From Bugula neritina (Eukaryota; Animalia; Bryozoa), in assembly GCA_964035545.1 (NCBI GenBank), contig OZ037765.1, forward strand, positions 25,419,504-25,483,503: DNA of 64,000 nt, given 5' to 3'. This document shows, one piece after another, positions 13,601 through 26,183 of this stretch. The notes beneath the pieces are model-generated. The model saw only the letters and a program-made list of their open reading frames with translations. It did no database searches and was not told where the DNA came from. The position numbers and the translations under genes are program-made. How positions within the stretch are numbered: position 1 is the first letter of the stretch; each line of letters starts with the position of its first letter.

Positions 13601-15490
13601 CAAGGAAAGTGCAACTGTGCACCAATTATGTTTATGTATGTACTAGAGTCTAGACGGATCTGCTTCACTGTTTAACTGCTAAGTAAATATTTATTAGGGC
13701 AGTGGTAATTAAGAGTGGAAGAAATTATAACTTTCAGATGCTATGAGTGCAGTAGGCTTAGTAAACTAGTAATTGTTGAAAGAATGATCCATAATACTGC
13801 AGCTAAGTAATGTACTATGCGTGGCTTATAAATATACAAACAACTAATAATTATGCTTGATATATAATGGGATATAAAAAATATTGCTTAATTTGTAAAG
13901 TACAAAATACGTATTAATAATGGTAGTATTAGTAATATTAGTAAATACAAGTGGTTTTAATAGAACTCTTTCTGCTTGTTGTTAGAATTCGGATATATTT
14001 TGTGTCACTTCAAAAATGGATACTTTTGGTTTTACACGTGTAAAATATACTATGTGTAACCTACTGATGTGTCACATACTGATGTGTAACATACTGATGT
14101 GTCACATACTGATGTGTCACATACTGATGTGTCACATACTGACGTGTCACATACTGATGTGTCACATACTGATGTGTCACATACTGATGTGTCACATACT
14201 GATGTGTAACCTACTGATGTGTCACATACTGATGTGTCACATACTGACGTGTTTTGTTTATCATGTAGCCGAGTTACAAGCCCTTTGCAAGAAATTACAT
14301 GATAAAATTTCTAAATCAGAAGAAGACAAATATGATATAGAAGTTAAACTAGCAACTCAGGAGGCAGAGGTACCCTGTGGTTCTCTTCTTGAGAAACCAT
14401 TTAAATAGAAAGTGTACCCTGCCACCCCCTCTCCCCCCCCCACTCTGCTAAATACACTGCTTAGCTTAATTCTTTTACTTGTAATGTCATATATACATGT
14501 TAGAGGTGAGCTTTGTACCAGTATGACCAATGTGTGACCCCTTGTTTCATGTTATTTTTGCCATAGCTCAGCTGCAAACTTTATGCAAAGGAATTTATGA
14601 CAAAATATGTAAAAAAGAAAGTGAGAAATATGATGTAGAACTAGCCATTAGAAATCAGGAAAAACAGGTAAACCATTCTTAAAAATAGCAAGTGCATGCT
14701 TTAAGCTATTCGTTCAGGATATAGGTATAAGTTACAAGGCAATATTTTTGTCAAGCACTGCTGTCCAATGTTATTGATTATTGTTTGTGCTAAATGTTAA
14801 CTGCTTTTTTCAAGTGTAAGGTTTTCATCTCTGCTATAACAAAAAATATTTCACAATAGAAATATGTTTCAAATTATATTTTAACAACTTTGAGCAGAAA
14901 TTTTATAGCTTGGCATTTATTATTTAAGTAAAATTATGAGTTAGTAACTGTGAGTGAAGTCACCTTGAGTATCAGCTTTATTTACCCGCCATCAGTACCC
15001 TTGTACTAATACCTACTATGATTATATTTCACCCACTATTATGCTTGCTTTAACATCCTTCTTTCCAAACCCCATTTTGATTGATCAAAATGTGCTGTGA
15101 ATTACTTAAAGCACATGTGACATGCTTGCAGTACTATTGTAAGCCAGAGAGAAAATGACTCCCAACATTATAACTACTGAGTATATTTTCTCATGCAGGA
15201 TATTTCTCCTCAGCTGTATTTTGAATTATCATTAGCATATGTGTATGCTGTGGGACATGCACATTTATGGAATCATTTGTTATACTAAAGGAAGTTATAG
15301 AATATTTCACTTTAAGTTATATGACGGTTAGATGGTGCACTAACGTTATGGTATATATAATTTATCATATTGCAATGCATAAATAAATATATTATAGATA
15401 AATGAACTCACATTGAAAGTAAGTGATGTAAAAGGAAGATTTGCCAGGCCAGTACTGAAGAAGGTGGTTCGTGTTGAACGCAGACACTAA
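7681..15490 (+). CDS. TNNI: Troponin I, invertebrate type with long Glu/Arg-rich N-terminal extension (~310 aa)
   Basis: Exons 7681-7745, [8166-8177], 9342-9425, 9732-9816, 10145-10240, 10600-10659, 10814-10903, 11220-11264, 11536-11622, [11956-12088 or 12644-12767], [14269-14369 or 14567-14667], 15398-15490 (TAA). Hallmarks: KKKGFGGLTPEKKKLLK, IT-arm ..EEDKYDIE.., INELTLKVSDVKGRFARPVLKKV (inhibitory peptide). A probable non-coding first exon ends at 6658 (cag|gtaagt). Confidence 0.92.
7874..8130. repeat. 12-bp minisatellite (GCTAATACATAT)n in a TnI intron
   Basis: About 20 degenerate tandem copies visible directly. Confidence 0.9.
11956..12088 (+). other. TnI mutually exclusive exon, pair 1 variant a (133 nt, phase 0 to 1)
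   Basis: cgcag|CAAATT...ACATCAT|gtatgt; QIIIDFALADLKKEEEEKAQHKKQVLAEIVEPLEDNYSLEDMTS. Confidence 0.8.
12644..12767 (+). other. TnI mutually exclusive exon, pair 1 variant b (124 nt, phase 0 to 1)
   Basis: gctag|ACAATA...GCTGAAG|gtagaa; TIIMERARQELHAEALRNKEAKENKIKECCPNLPDLSTMAE. Confidence 0.8.
12816..13240. repeat. 13-bp minisatellite (AACATACACTCTC)n
   Basis: About 32 copies. The stop-free 13-mer explains three overlapping repetitive ORFs (TYTLNIHSQHTLS). Confidence 0.95.
14053..14250. repeat. 15-bp minisatellite (ATACTGATGTGTCAC)n
   Basis: About 13 copies ending ~18 nt before the acceptor at 14268. Confidence 0.95.
14269..14369 (+). other. TnI mutually exclusive exon, pair 2 variant a (101 nt, phase 1 to 0)
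   Basis: tgtag|CCGAG...GCAGAG|gtaccc; ELQALCKKLHDKISKSEEDKYDIEVKLATQEAE. Confidence 0.85.
14567..14667 (+). other. TnI mutually exclusive exon, pair 2 variant b (101 nt, phase 1 to 0)
   Basis: catag|CTCAG...AAACAG|gtaaac; QLQTLCKGIYDKICKKESEKYDVELAIRNQEKQ. Not present in the ORF track. Confidence 0.85.
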
Positions 15491-17989
15491 TATTGCTACA
15501 TACATTTAATAAACAGTCCCTTGGTTTTAGTAAGTAAATAGTCTTGTTATTGGTTTAAACATAAATGTGAGCTAATTTTCAATGCCTGTCAGGAAAGTTT
15601 TCTGTCACCGAGATGGGTTTAGCTTTATAAAAAAAATTCTTGAGATGTTTGCTAAAATTAAGCTTGCGGCTTTAGTCCTAACTTTGAGAATGTACAAAGC
15701 AAGAGAAAGCAAAGACACTACAGTCTTTGCAGTTTAAATTTGCCCACATTCATAAAATAACCTTCATTCACTGTTATATACAAGCGTGGCTAAAGTATGT
15801 GAAATGAAATCCCATCAGTTTACATACATGGTGTAATAATAATAAACTAAACATTATTTGCAGACATTGTAAGAAGAAAGCGCTACAGTCACCCAGTGGA
15901 GTAGTGAGAGGGATTTGCCAGACAAGAACACAGCCATACTTATCTCACACGTGTAATTTCTTTGATTCCCCAAAACAAGAATATTTTGAATACTTTAATG
16001 ATATAATGAAAGTAGTGTAGCTTTTCTGCAGAATTATAACAGGTTTTCGTCAATTACCAATAAACAGAAGTTTTTATCTAGTCTATATGATAATCTCTCA
16101 TCAAGAAAGTGCATTACCAAACAGGTTGAGTTTTGTACTTTGTTTTGTAAGACAGGCATTATGGCTTAGAGTTCTTTGAGCCTATTCCCTACCATCTTAG
16201 ATTATTCTCTGTTGTTGTTTGATTTGTTGTCTGCTATTATATTACATAATAGGAACATAATGTACATCTCTGTATACAACTATTTAGAAGTCTATTGCTT
16301 TTGATGTAACACTTATAATTATAACGTGTTGTTAACACACATTATTATTTCGAAGTCATGTCATTAGTTTTTGTGAATTAAACCTTGAGTTACAATACTC
16401 AGGCATATTATAAACTCATTAATACACTGTCTGTTGGAACATTTCAAATTGATTCAATCAATTGTATTGGACTGGTGTTGTTTGCAAGTAGCTTAGGGGT
16501 AGATAATTTGGATTTTACTTGAGTCTATCAGTTTTGACCCTTGGATTTAAAGCACCCAATGCTTCATTCCGTGACAACTACCCCTGCTACAAGAATCAAC
16601 TCTGCATCTCTCTGATGCTAGTAACATTACTAAAGCTAATACCATTACATTATGTGATAAAATGAACTACAGCGTTGTACAGTAACTCAGCTTAAAATTC
16701 CCCATGAATAAGTAATGAGTAAGTAATAAGTAGGATGAGTAAATAATATAAAGCTGGTTATTAGACTGGAAGTCGACAATTTGCTACCCACTGACTAAAG
16801 GTGCACAACTGTAGTTCATTTACATTGGATTAATTAGGCACTATCAGATATCAAAAGTGTTTGAGGGCCACACGGTCTGATCAACCTGCAATGATTATCA
16901 AGGATGGGCTGCAGGTAATTGCTGTGCAGCTTTCATGCAACAGATTAATCTTTATTCTTTGTATGCAGTTTGTATATTACAGCAGCTTACAACTTTCACA
17001 GCAGTAATTCCTTAACATAACATTTAAAGCTCCTTCCTGAGTTCAATTCAGCAAAATACTGCAGGAAATACTAACTAGTATCTTCCTGTAGCAATGAATA
17101 AACCAGTCATTGTATGACTCCGCCTGCTAGAATTATAAGTTATCCCCCTCCACCAATAGATTCGGCATTATACTATGTTGAACAATGAACAGTCATTTTG
17201 TTAAATGACTCAGGTTTACTGTACACTATATTATATTAATTTACTTATTGTTAAGCAAATAAAAAGTGGCATGGTTATTGAGTTGAGTAGAATTTATATA
17301 GGTATACTCTGCAGTTAACTATTTCAACTATTCTTACTTTTTCAACCCACTCATATGCTGCAAAATTACAAACACATATAAATTAGAATGTTTTCTCTGT
17401 GATATAGAGTGTGATTTACGGGTATTACTATAAAATAAGCTCATAAAATATAGTTTAAAAAAAAGGTAGTTTATTATATCAAATTTCAACATATCCAACA
17501 GGCCATTCTGAATTTAAAATTAGGGCAGACAGTTTCATATACTATTGTATACGCAGTAAATATTTTGAAAAGATAATAACCCCTATATATAAGCTGTATT
17601 TCTACTGTCACATCAATAACCTTGTTCAAACATTTCGTTGCAAGATTTGTTAAAATACTTGAAGTAATAAATATTTTGCTACAGCGATACACGAAAGAAG
17701 TTGTAATTACATCAGACTGAGTAGGTATTTATACTGAGCAATTGCACTATATAATATCAGTTTGTTAATTTAAACAAAATATATTTTGAAAGTAATTTAA
17801 TAGATTTAAAACTACAGCTTTCATAAATGACTTTTTATATTATAATAATCAACAGTTTACAAGTTTCTAGTTATATTATTAAAAATTCAAGAACAATTTT
17901 TTTTAAATGTTATAAAAAGTAACTCTACTTTTTAGTAGATTTAAGACTGACTAAAAGCTATTTTGCAGGTAAGGCTAAACTAACAGATG

Positions 17990-17999
17990 CCATATAAGG
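17990..17999. promoter_or_regulatory. CArG box (putative SRF site) upstream of troponin T
   Basis: CCATATAAGG, a perfect CC(A/T)6GG, ~550 bp upstream of the TnT ATG. Function is inferred. Confidence 0.45.
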
Positions 18000-18546
18000 C
18001 CTAGCTTTAGGCATCATTATAATATCCATGTCATCAAGCAATGCTTTCATGAGGGGATTTAGCTTCTTGTTTAAATATTGAAACAAAATAATATACACTT
18101 CAGCACGTACAATATTTTTTACAAACTACTTTATATTAAGCTTACAGTTACTCAACACCGGGACTGGCTAATAAAGCAAGGCATAGAGCTTTGGTTTCAA
18201 AGGAAAAATCGGTAGGAGTAATAATCTAATGTGAGTGAGTTATATACGTCTACATAGCTTATATTTAGTATAACTATAAATCTGTAATTAGTTTTTGATC
18301 TAATTTAATGCAAGTTAGCATGTTGGCCAAACATTGAATTTTATTTATTAACGTTTAAAGTTTTGAGCACATGGAAGTAGGTGACCTTGGTAAGGTTATC
18401 GCTGATGAAAAATTTATAATTTTGACTTATAAGAGAAACTAAAAACAATAGAATTAATAAAAAATCTTTATTTGCTGTCAGGTGGTTTTTCATTTGTCAT
18501 GTTGTAGCTGTTGTAGCTGCCAAGCTGACAGTGAACACATATAAAC

Positions 18547-21500
18547 ATGTCTGACAGTGAAGAGACACACCCTCACGCAGAGGAGCAGCCAGTATGTGAT
18601 TTAGCTGCTGTCTTAGAAGCCAAGAAGCAGCATGCGTCTGAAGATACTCTGGCCATGGAAGAGGCTGCTAAGATGCTGAGAGAAGAGATTGACAAAGAGA
18701 ATGCAGAGATTCAGAAACTCAAAGAGAAACAGGTTTGTTGAGTAAAGATGGTTCTAACATTGTAACCTTGAATCATCCTCAAGCATACTCTCACCGTATA
18801 GTCACCAGAGCTTAGCCGTGTTCTAGGGGTTAGTAAGCACATTAATTTAGAAGTCATGGGTTTGAGCCCTACAAAGGCCATTGGTGATGTTAGGAAGAGC
18901 ATCCAGTCATAATTTCTCCTGTGCCCCATCTGAATAAGTCCTTGGCCGATTTAACAAAAACCCTTTCCATCAGAGGTTTTCTCACAGGGATGGCGGCAAT
19001 AAACTTGTGTGAGTTTTTTTCATAGAACTTTACCAGAATTTACACACTTTTTAAGAGTGATAGAACCACAGTAAATATGCTAAATAATGCTCTAATAACT
19101 GTAGCCTATTAACAGCAAACCTACTACATGTAGTTTAAAACAAACAAAAAAACAGCTAATAATGGCCATGCTATCTAGAGTAAGTATGCAAAGAAATTAC
19201 ATTGACAGTATCTAAAATTAAATTTATATAAACTGTTGGGTTTCCACTATAAAGTAAATGAAAGAAATAAGTTATACTATTTTATAGCTAATGATCTATT
19301 TAGGAGATAAGGCTGCAGCGTAGAGCAGTAGAGATGGAGAGGCTGGCAGAGTTGAGGAGAGCAGAAGAGCAAAGAAGAAAAGAGGAAGAGGTATACAATG
19401 TTATTGTTTAACTAAAGGCTTAATTTTATTTTATACTAATTGGTTTGAATATTACTTGTTTACTACAAGTTGTTCAAACTAGTTTATTGATGTGCATGCA
19501 GAAGTACAAGCATAAGTAGACGATGATGTGTCAGCATCATACAAAAATAATAGAAATACTACAACTATGAGTCATTTATGGTATTTTCAAGATGGCAGCA
19601 CTCCATTGGCAAAATAGGCAACAACTAGCATATAACAATTTCTGTCAGATGATGAAAATACAAGGGAGATTTGTTTTTTATCTAAAAATTAATTAAAATA
19701 AGCGCTTATTAAAATCATGGTTGTTTGACTCGTGCAAGTTACCATTAACTTTGACTATGGTATGATACTTGACAAAGAAATAATAAATGTTGTAAGTGCA
19801 ATTGTACTATCTGTTATATTATGTTGGCTACAATAAAAGTCTGATAACTTGGGTAGCTGTATAGGAAGTAAATACATATTGACTTGTAGTAGAAAGATAA
19901 GCTCTGCTGGTTGTAGATATCAGATTTACTTGAGTTTATTTAAATCTTATATCTGGGCCATCATGTTTTGATGGTAACAGAAAGAAACTCTCTGTACAGA
20001 ATTGTAAATTTTTGCTTAGCTAATAATATCTACAAACAACCTCTGGTATTATCCTATCATACTACAAAATATATCTCTTAAAGTTATTGTTTAACTGCAA
20101 TGTGGTACTTATTTTTCAATATAGCACTGGCCTAACGTCTCTTTTGCTCTTTGTGCCAAAGTTTTTTTAAGCCAGTTACCTTCGTAAGGAGCACATTTTA
20201 TAACAGTCTAAATTATATAAGCTCCAAATGTAGCTCAAACCAAGTCACATTGTGAATAAGCAACAAGCTTGTGGTTATGTATATCTTGCAACAGGCTGAA
20301 AAAAAGAGAATAAAAGATGAAGAAAAAGAGAGAAAGCGTCTGGAAAAAGAACGAAAGCAAAAGGAAAAGGAAGAGCGAGCTAAAAATATAGGAAAAAAGA
20401 ACTTTACTGTCAAAAAAGCTGAAAAGTCATCTCTAAGTCAGGTAAAGTTACTTATAATTTGGCGCAATGAGCAAATATGCAACAGCACGAATGAGAACAC
20501 GACTCTAATATTATGCATAGCCGGCAATAAATTAAAAGACAAGTGTTGAGATGCTCATAAAAACGAAAGCTGCATAATATTCTATATAGACTCAGCACTT
20601 TTTATTCTTATTAATTGCAGATGGTTCAAATTTCTAGCATTTTGCAATGTTTGTGCAATAACTTCCTATTGCCCTCTAGCCTATTGCATACACCTGCAGC
20701 TCAAGCACATGGGTCTATACAGAAAGAAGTGTGTATTATAATCAGTCATTATGCCATATATGGGTGCTATGAACTGTGGGTAATTAGTGCAGAAACCACT
20801 GCAGTTATTAGGTTATAGCTCCTCAGTCATTAGTCGACTCTAATCAGGATATTCTAATAAAGGTAAAACCAAGAGCTTTTTCACAATGACTCAGGTATGA
20901 ATTTTTAGTATACAAAAGATAAACTATATATTTTACTATAGTAATTTTTTTATTTATAAGTGTACTAATTTAGCAGTTTTGCCTACCAAAGTTAAATAAT
21001 GTTAGTACATATTAGTTTATGTTGCAAAGTTATTGTTGCTACTGCATAACTCGGATATGAAAATTGTGGCTATTTTGCAAACTGTATCAAGGTGTTTATT
21101 TATGTGCATGATTTTATCAATTCATTTTTTTAGTTTGACAAACCAACTAGTACTAAGCATTGTGTAGTCCAATTTCAAACATGGCAAGAAATTTAAACCT
21201 GCATTGATGTTTCAGGTCATTAGCCAAAGTTAAAGGGACGGTACTTTGTATCTTCTTATGCTTCTATCTTACTTTTGGTGCTGCATAAGCAGAGTTATTT
21301 GTGCTGACAAAATACTAGCATTATCCCTGTAATATATTTTGGAGTGCAGCATGACTATATTAAACTTCTGTCATCAAAGCTTGAGATCTGAAACTATGAT
21401 TCGGAATATTCTTTGTGCATTAAAAACTGCAAACCTCTCTTCTCATTAACCTTTCCACTTTCAGCTTCCGCAGTAACTCGGCAAACATGATGCAATCCTG

Positions 21501-24500
21501 AAATAATGAAAGTTTGTACTGTGCATGGATGTAATTTGCTGCTATTTAGATTTTTATATTTCAATTTTTAAATCATCTTAATAATATTAGATAGTTTACT
21601 TGCTAAAATAGATTACTGCTAATATCAGCTGATAATCTAGAAGCTGAACAAATCTTCTCCTAGAATACATGCATGCAACGCATTTTAGCTGACATTTTCA
21701 TTTAAAATTACAATATAAACCAAAAGTTATAATAAATTCATAATCATTGGCTGGGCTACTCCTACATTCATATTAACAACTAAAGTTTAAATTTATGATA
21801 TATCATATATGTAATACTTTAGCCATTCATGGTGTGATATGATGTACATGCGAAGCTGCCCACTATTCATTAGCCACCAGTTATGAAATAATTTATTCAA
21901 TACAATATTATAATAATATCACAGGAGCTCAATTGTCTAACAGTAGCCATACCCTGAGTATAAATTTGAATGCACTAGATCTCACTCTGCCACTTGAAGG
22001 GCAAATCATGCAGCTAACAGCCATGCTTAACTAACCTCAGTTCATTACCAATGAACGTATTATTATTATAAGGCACCCACGAAAGTATAAGTTAATATCC
22101 ATCTTAAAGCTATTAGAGCTGTAAGCTTATTAATTAACACACACTTGCAATGAAAGTAGCATATGCAAACATTTTGCACTGTCTTTTACTTACACCTATT
22201 TTGCAAACCATCACAAAGTTATAACATTTATTAATGGCACTGAAAAATATAAATAAAACAGGTTCTAACACAGGCATAATCATTGCAGTTAAAATCTGTT
22301 ATAGCACTAATAGTGATTACTAATTAGTATTTGGCATTTTAAGTTGTGTTGTTTACAGAAGCTGCCGTCTAATTTTAGTACGAGAGTAGCCAGGAGAAGG
22401 CAGCGGAGATGGCCAAGACCAAGGAGCAGCTGGAAGAGGAGAAGAGAGTCGCCCTGAGTCAGCGAATAGTGCCTCTGGATTTATCTTCGATGGACACTGA
22501 AGCTCTGATAGCTAAGGCTAAGGAACTGCACGATAAGTTGTATAAGTTGGAGAGTGATAAATACGACCTGGATGATAGATATAAGAGACAGCAGTATGAC
22601 GTAAGCATAGCTTATACATGTAGTCTCTCAAGCAGAGTTAGCAGGTTCTATATTGGCTAAGATAACACAAGTGTAGTATATGTGTGCACCTGAACTAGAC
22701 TCTAGAAATTTATTCTTTTATAATTGTGAGACTATCGATAAATTTAAAAATTCAAATTAGTGTGTTAGAGGAAAATGAACTTTGACCCTGGCATATAATG
22801 CTCTTTTAACTTTATGACCTGCTGCCAGTCCGTAGAAATATTGGAAAACTTTTTAAATTTGTCTTCTTTCATTATGCATCTTGTAAATTCTAATACCTCC
22901 TTGCTCATACAAAATATTGTCATAATATTGCTATATACTGTATTGCTGAGTTCACAAGCCAGACTGGCAATAGTTGAGGTATAAACACACCTTTAATATT
23001 TATCAAGTTCCAAGCTTTTTAGTTTGCTGGTACAGCTAAACCAACTTTGGAAACAACTCCTTTGCATTGCGTAGTATCTAGTGATCTTCTCCTACAGGCA
23101 TGTATGGAGAATAAGCATTTACTTCAACTTTCTATTCCATTTAGGAGTAGTAGTGGAGAAATTGAGATAGCATAGGTTCTTGAATTTTATTATTAAATTT
23201 TGGTTTGGGGTGTGGGTTAAAATTTTTGTGAGAGCATAATTTCTTTTGCTACATTTCCAATCTAGAATACAGGCTTTTCTCAATTTCTCCATTACTGCCC
23301 CTACCTCTTCTATTCAACAGAGTTGAAAGTTAAACTCTGTAACTATTCTTGTATGATAACCTTTACGCCATTCTACATATAGATACATTAGCTGTATGAT
23401 GTTGATATAAAGTTCAGTTTAAAATAGCATAAAATAATTGCAGATGATGGAGTTGGCTGAGAGGGCACGTCAAATGAACAAAGGGTAAGTCATTGGAAAC
23501 TTATTTAGAAGTGCAACCCATTTACATGAAAAACCTCCGTTAGTTGATGAGATATTGTGAATATTTTGTAATCAGGTAAAGATTTTACTTTGGATGTTAG
23601 AAAGGGCATCCTTACGTCATGTACCACATCAGAAAATCTTTTAGCCTGTTTAATAACCCTTTCCATCAGGGTTCTCACAGGCATCCATAAACTCGAGTGA
23701 GTGAGCTGAAAGTTTCACTTCAATGTGGTTTGAGTCAGCAATGAAGAAATGAATAATATTCACTTATCTTGAACCTAAGTTAAACAGGTGAACTTGTAAC
23801 ACAACTTAAGTTCTAAATGACATGCTATCAGAATATGTGGTGTTGTCATGAGAATTCAATCCAAGCCTGAAATAAAAATGTATAGACAGCCTAACGAAGT
23901 TAGTCATCGAGTTTTTCTGTTGCTGCATCTAAATGCTAGAGGGCTAAAGGGCTAGAGGGCATATATCACATATATATATATATCACTCTGGTCTACTGCA
24001 GCACACATGTAGAGGTTATTGTGAATATGCAATATACTCAGAGTTATCTTTCCTAAATACCTAGTTTAAGTGTGGTGAGCAACTCCTTCTTTAACAAAAA
24101 CTTTTTATAGAGAAATATTTAATAATCTGTGTAGCTACTTGAAGAACATTTCACGTCTAAAGTTTACCTACCAACTTCAATGTCACTTGTACATACAAAC
24201 TTACCACATCATGCACTAAGTTTACTATACCAGCGTAGTGCTGTTTGTATTATTTATAATATAAATTATGGTGCTCTGAAGATGGATGTAATGCATATGT
24301 ATTAAAATTTAATTGACAAAATAATTAGATACTAGTCCAATATTATGATTATTAAAGATATGAACTTAACATCTAAAAAGCAGTATAGAGCATCAAAAAG
24401 CAGTTCTGTAATGCATTTTAGCTATAACATGTAGTTTGTTATCACAGAAAATGAATTTGAGCTTTTAAGAAAAAACCAAGTTTTTTAAATTTTGTGATAA

Positions 24501-26183
24501 ATAGTTGTCACAGTTAAAATAATGCGTAAGGTATAGTATATAAGTCAACATGATCATTTAAAATAGTTTGATCCTGCTTAACCATGCAGCAGTCTAATCC
24601 TAGAAGATAGCAGGTGTGCTTAAGGTGCCCTGAACACTTGCCTCATTCCCATAGAGGTTTCTAATGGCCTGATGATGTCAACAAGGCAGTAATAATTGCT
24701 TTTGCTCTAGCTTGATCTTCTAAAACTTTAAGACAGATTTCCTACCAAGATGTGATTGAAACTTATCGAGAGTTGCATTCTATCTACCTGTGGACAGAAA
24801 CAACTCTTTTAGTCCCAAACAAGATTTTCCAACTGAATCGCCAAATTTATCCTAAATTGGTTTTTTATGACAAACTAATTGCGATATCCAATGAGATTCT
24901 GTCTGCATTTTATGTAAAAATGAATTTCAGAGGACGTGGCGGCTCTACGACTGTGAAGATTCAGGAGGAACCAACTGGTCCTTGCCCGTAAGTTTTATTT
25001 TAGTCCTTTCCAAGTGGGTATTCAAGATTATGTAACTTTGAGTTTATATTGACAGTGGAAAAAGTGCGGGCGGTGCAGCTGATGGAGGGTAAGAAAGCAT
25101 GAGCACACCACACGTTATGTCTATTCACCATGTCTATGTCACCGTCATGTTTAATTCTTTTGTGATTAGCATGAAATTTTACTAACTTTTCATGTCATTT
25201 TACCACAGTATGACGCTATAGTCTTCTATCTATACTTTCTTGTACATCTTTTGCATTAAAGGTAAAAAAAGCAATTGAAAGTCATTAAAACTGTTTATAA
25301 ACTTTAGGCATTTTAAATTTTTTCCCCCCCAATACGTTATGCCCTTTAGCTCATTCACCATAATTGATAGATTTGCAAGGGATGTGACAACCCATAGCTG
25401 ACTTGACATACCCCAAGTACATCATAAGAGTGCCATGTTAAGTTGTCTATGCCCTACGCTGTCCAGTCTCATTTACTTTGTCAACAGTGCGTACTTGGCT
25501 ACATTTAGCAGGGCTTAAAAATTCTGCACCACGCTGCGTAGGGTAATTATATTAATATGTAATTTAAAACAATCAATTTTAGATTCGACAGATTGGCAGA
25601 GAAATTTCCTAATGTTCCAGTAAGTAACCAATATCTATATCAGGAAAATATTATACCTCTGCAACTTTGTTTTGATAACCCTGTTTCCTGAAGCTAGCAG
25701 TTGGTTGACTTTGTAAGTAATCAATGCCACGTTCGAAGCTATTTAAGATGATATGCCATGCAGCTGCAATATATTATTTTAATGCCTTATATGTGATTGT
25801 ATAAATTAGTGTAATTAATCATATAATTATATAAATATTAACATGCAGTGGTACACAATGAGCTTGGACTTGCAAGTGAACATGAAATTACTAAGAAAAA
25901 GGTTTAATTTACTTATTAGGAGAAAGTAATTGTTGCAAGCAAATTTGAAAGAAATGTTGACAGAAGAAACTTTTTTGAGAAGATGGGAGTATTTGAATCG
26001 GTAAGGTTACTTATAGCAATTCATAACTTGAAACTAACGAAATCTCTTGTTAATTTTACACAGCCAAAAGTAGCAGTATGTAGTAAGTATGACAGGCAAA
26101 CAGACACTAGAGGTTTCGCTGAACGTAGAAACATGTTCAAAGAAGATAAACCACAATCACAACCGGCTAAAGAAGATGCCTAA
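18547..26183 (+). CDS. TNNT: Troponin T, invertebrate type
   Basis: Exons 18547-18732, 19304-19390, 20295-20441, 22379-22600, 23444-23484, [24931-24987], [25056-25088], 25583-25619, then 26064-26183 (TAA), or alternatively 25920-26000 plus 26854-26907 (TAG). Motifs: KKNFTVKK, EMAKTKEQLEEEKRVALSQRIVPL, KLESDKYDL..RYKRQQYDMMELAERARQMNKG, PKVAVCSKYDRQTDTRGF. Confidence 0.92.
18812..19015 (+). mobile_element. Probable tRNA-derived SINE in a TnT intron
   Basis: A-box-like TAGCCGTGTTCTAGG and B-box-like GGTTTGAGCCC, followed by a core (GATGTTAGGAAGAGCATCC...AACCCTTTCCATCAG...TTCTCACAGG...ATAAACT) that recurs at ~23593-23702. Confidence 0.6.
23590..23705 (+). mobile_element. Second, degenerate copy of the same SINE-like core
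   Basis: GATGTTAGAAAGGGCATCC...AACCCTTTCCATCAGGGTTCTCACAGGCATCCATAAACTCGAGTGAGT matches 18886-19014. Confidence 0.6.

Noticed and set aside
14016-14268. (MCHIL)n repeat protein
   Set aside because: Translation of an intronic 15-bp minisatellite upstream of the real acceptor.
8373-14690. MEF2-like YTA(A/T)4TAR sites in TnI introns
   Set aside because: Expected frequently by chance at this AT content.
21130-21480. Possible TnT microexons at 21134, 21216-21240 and 21465
   Set aside because: Acceptor-like sites exist, but I could not build a phase-0 to phase-0, stop-free path with credible donors.
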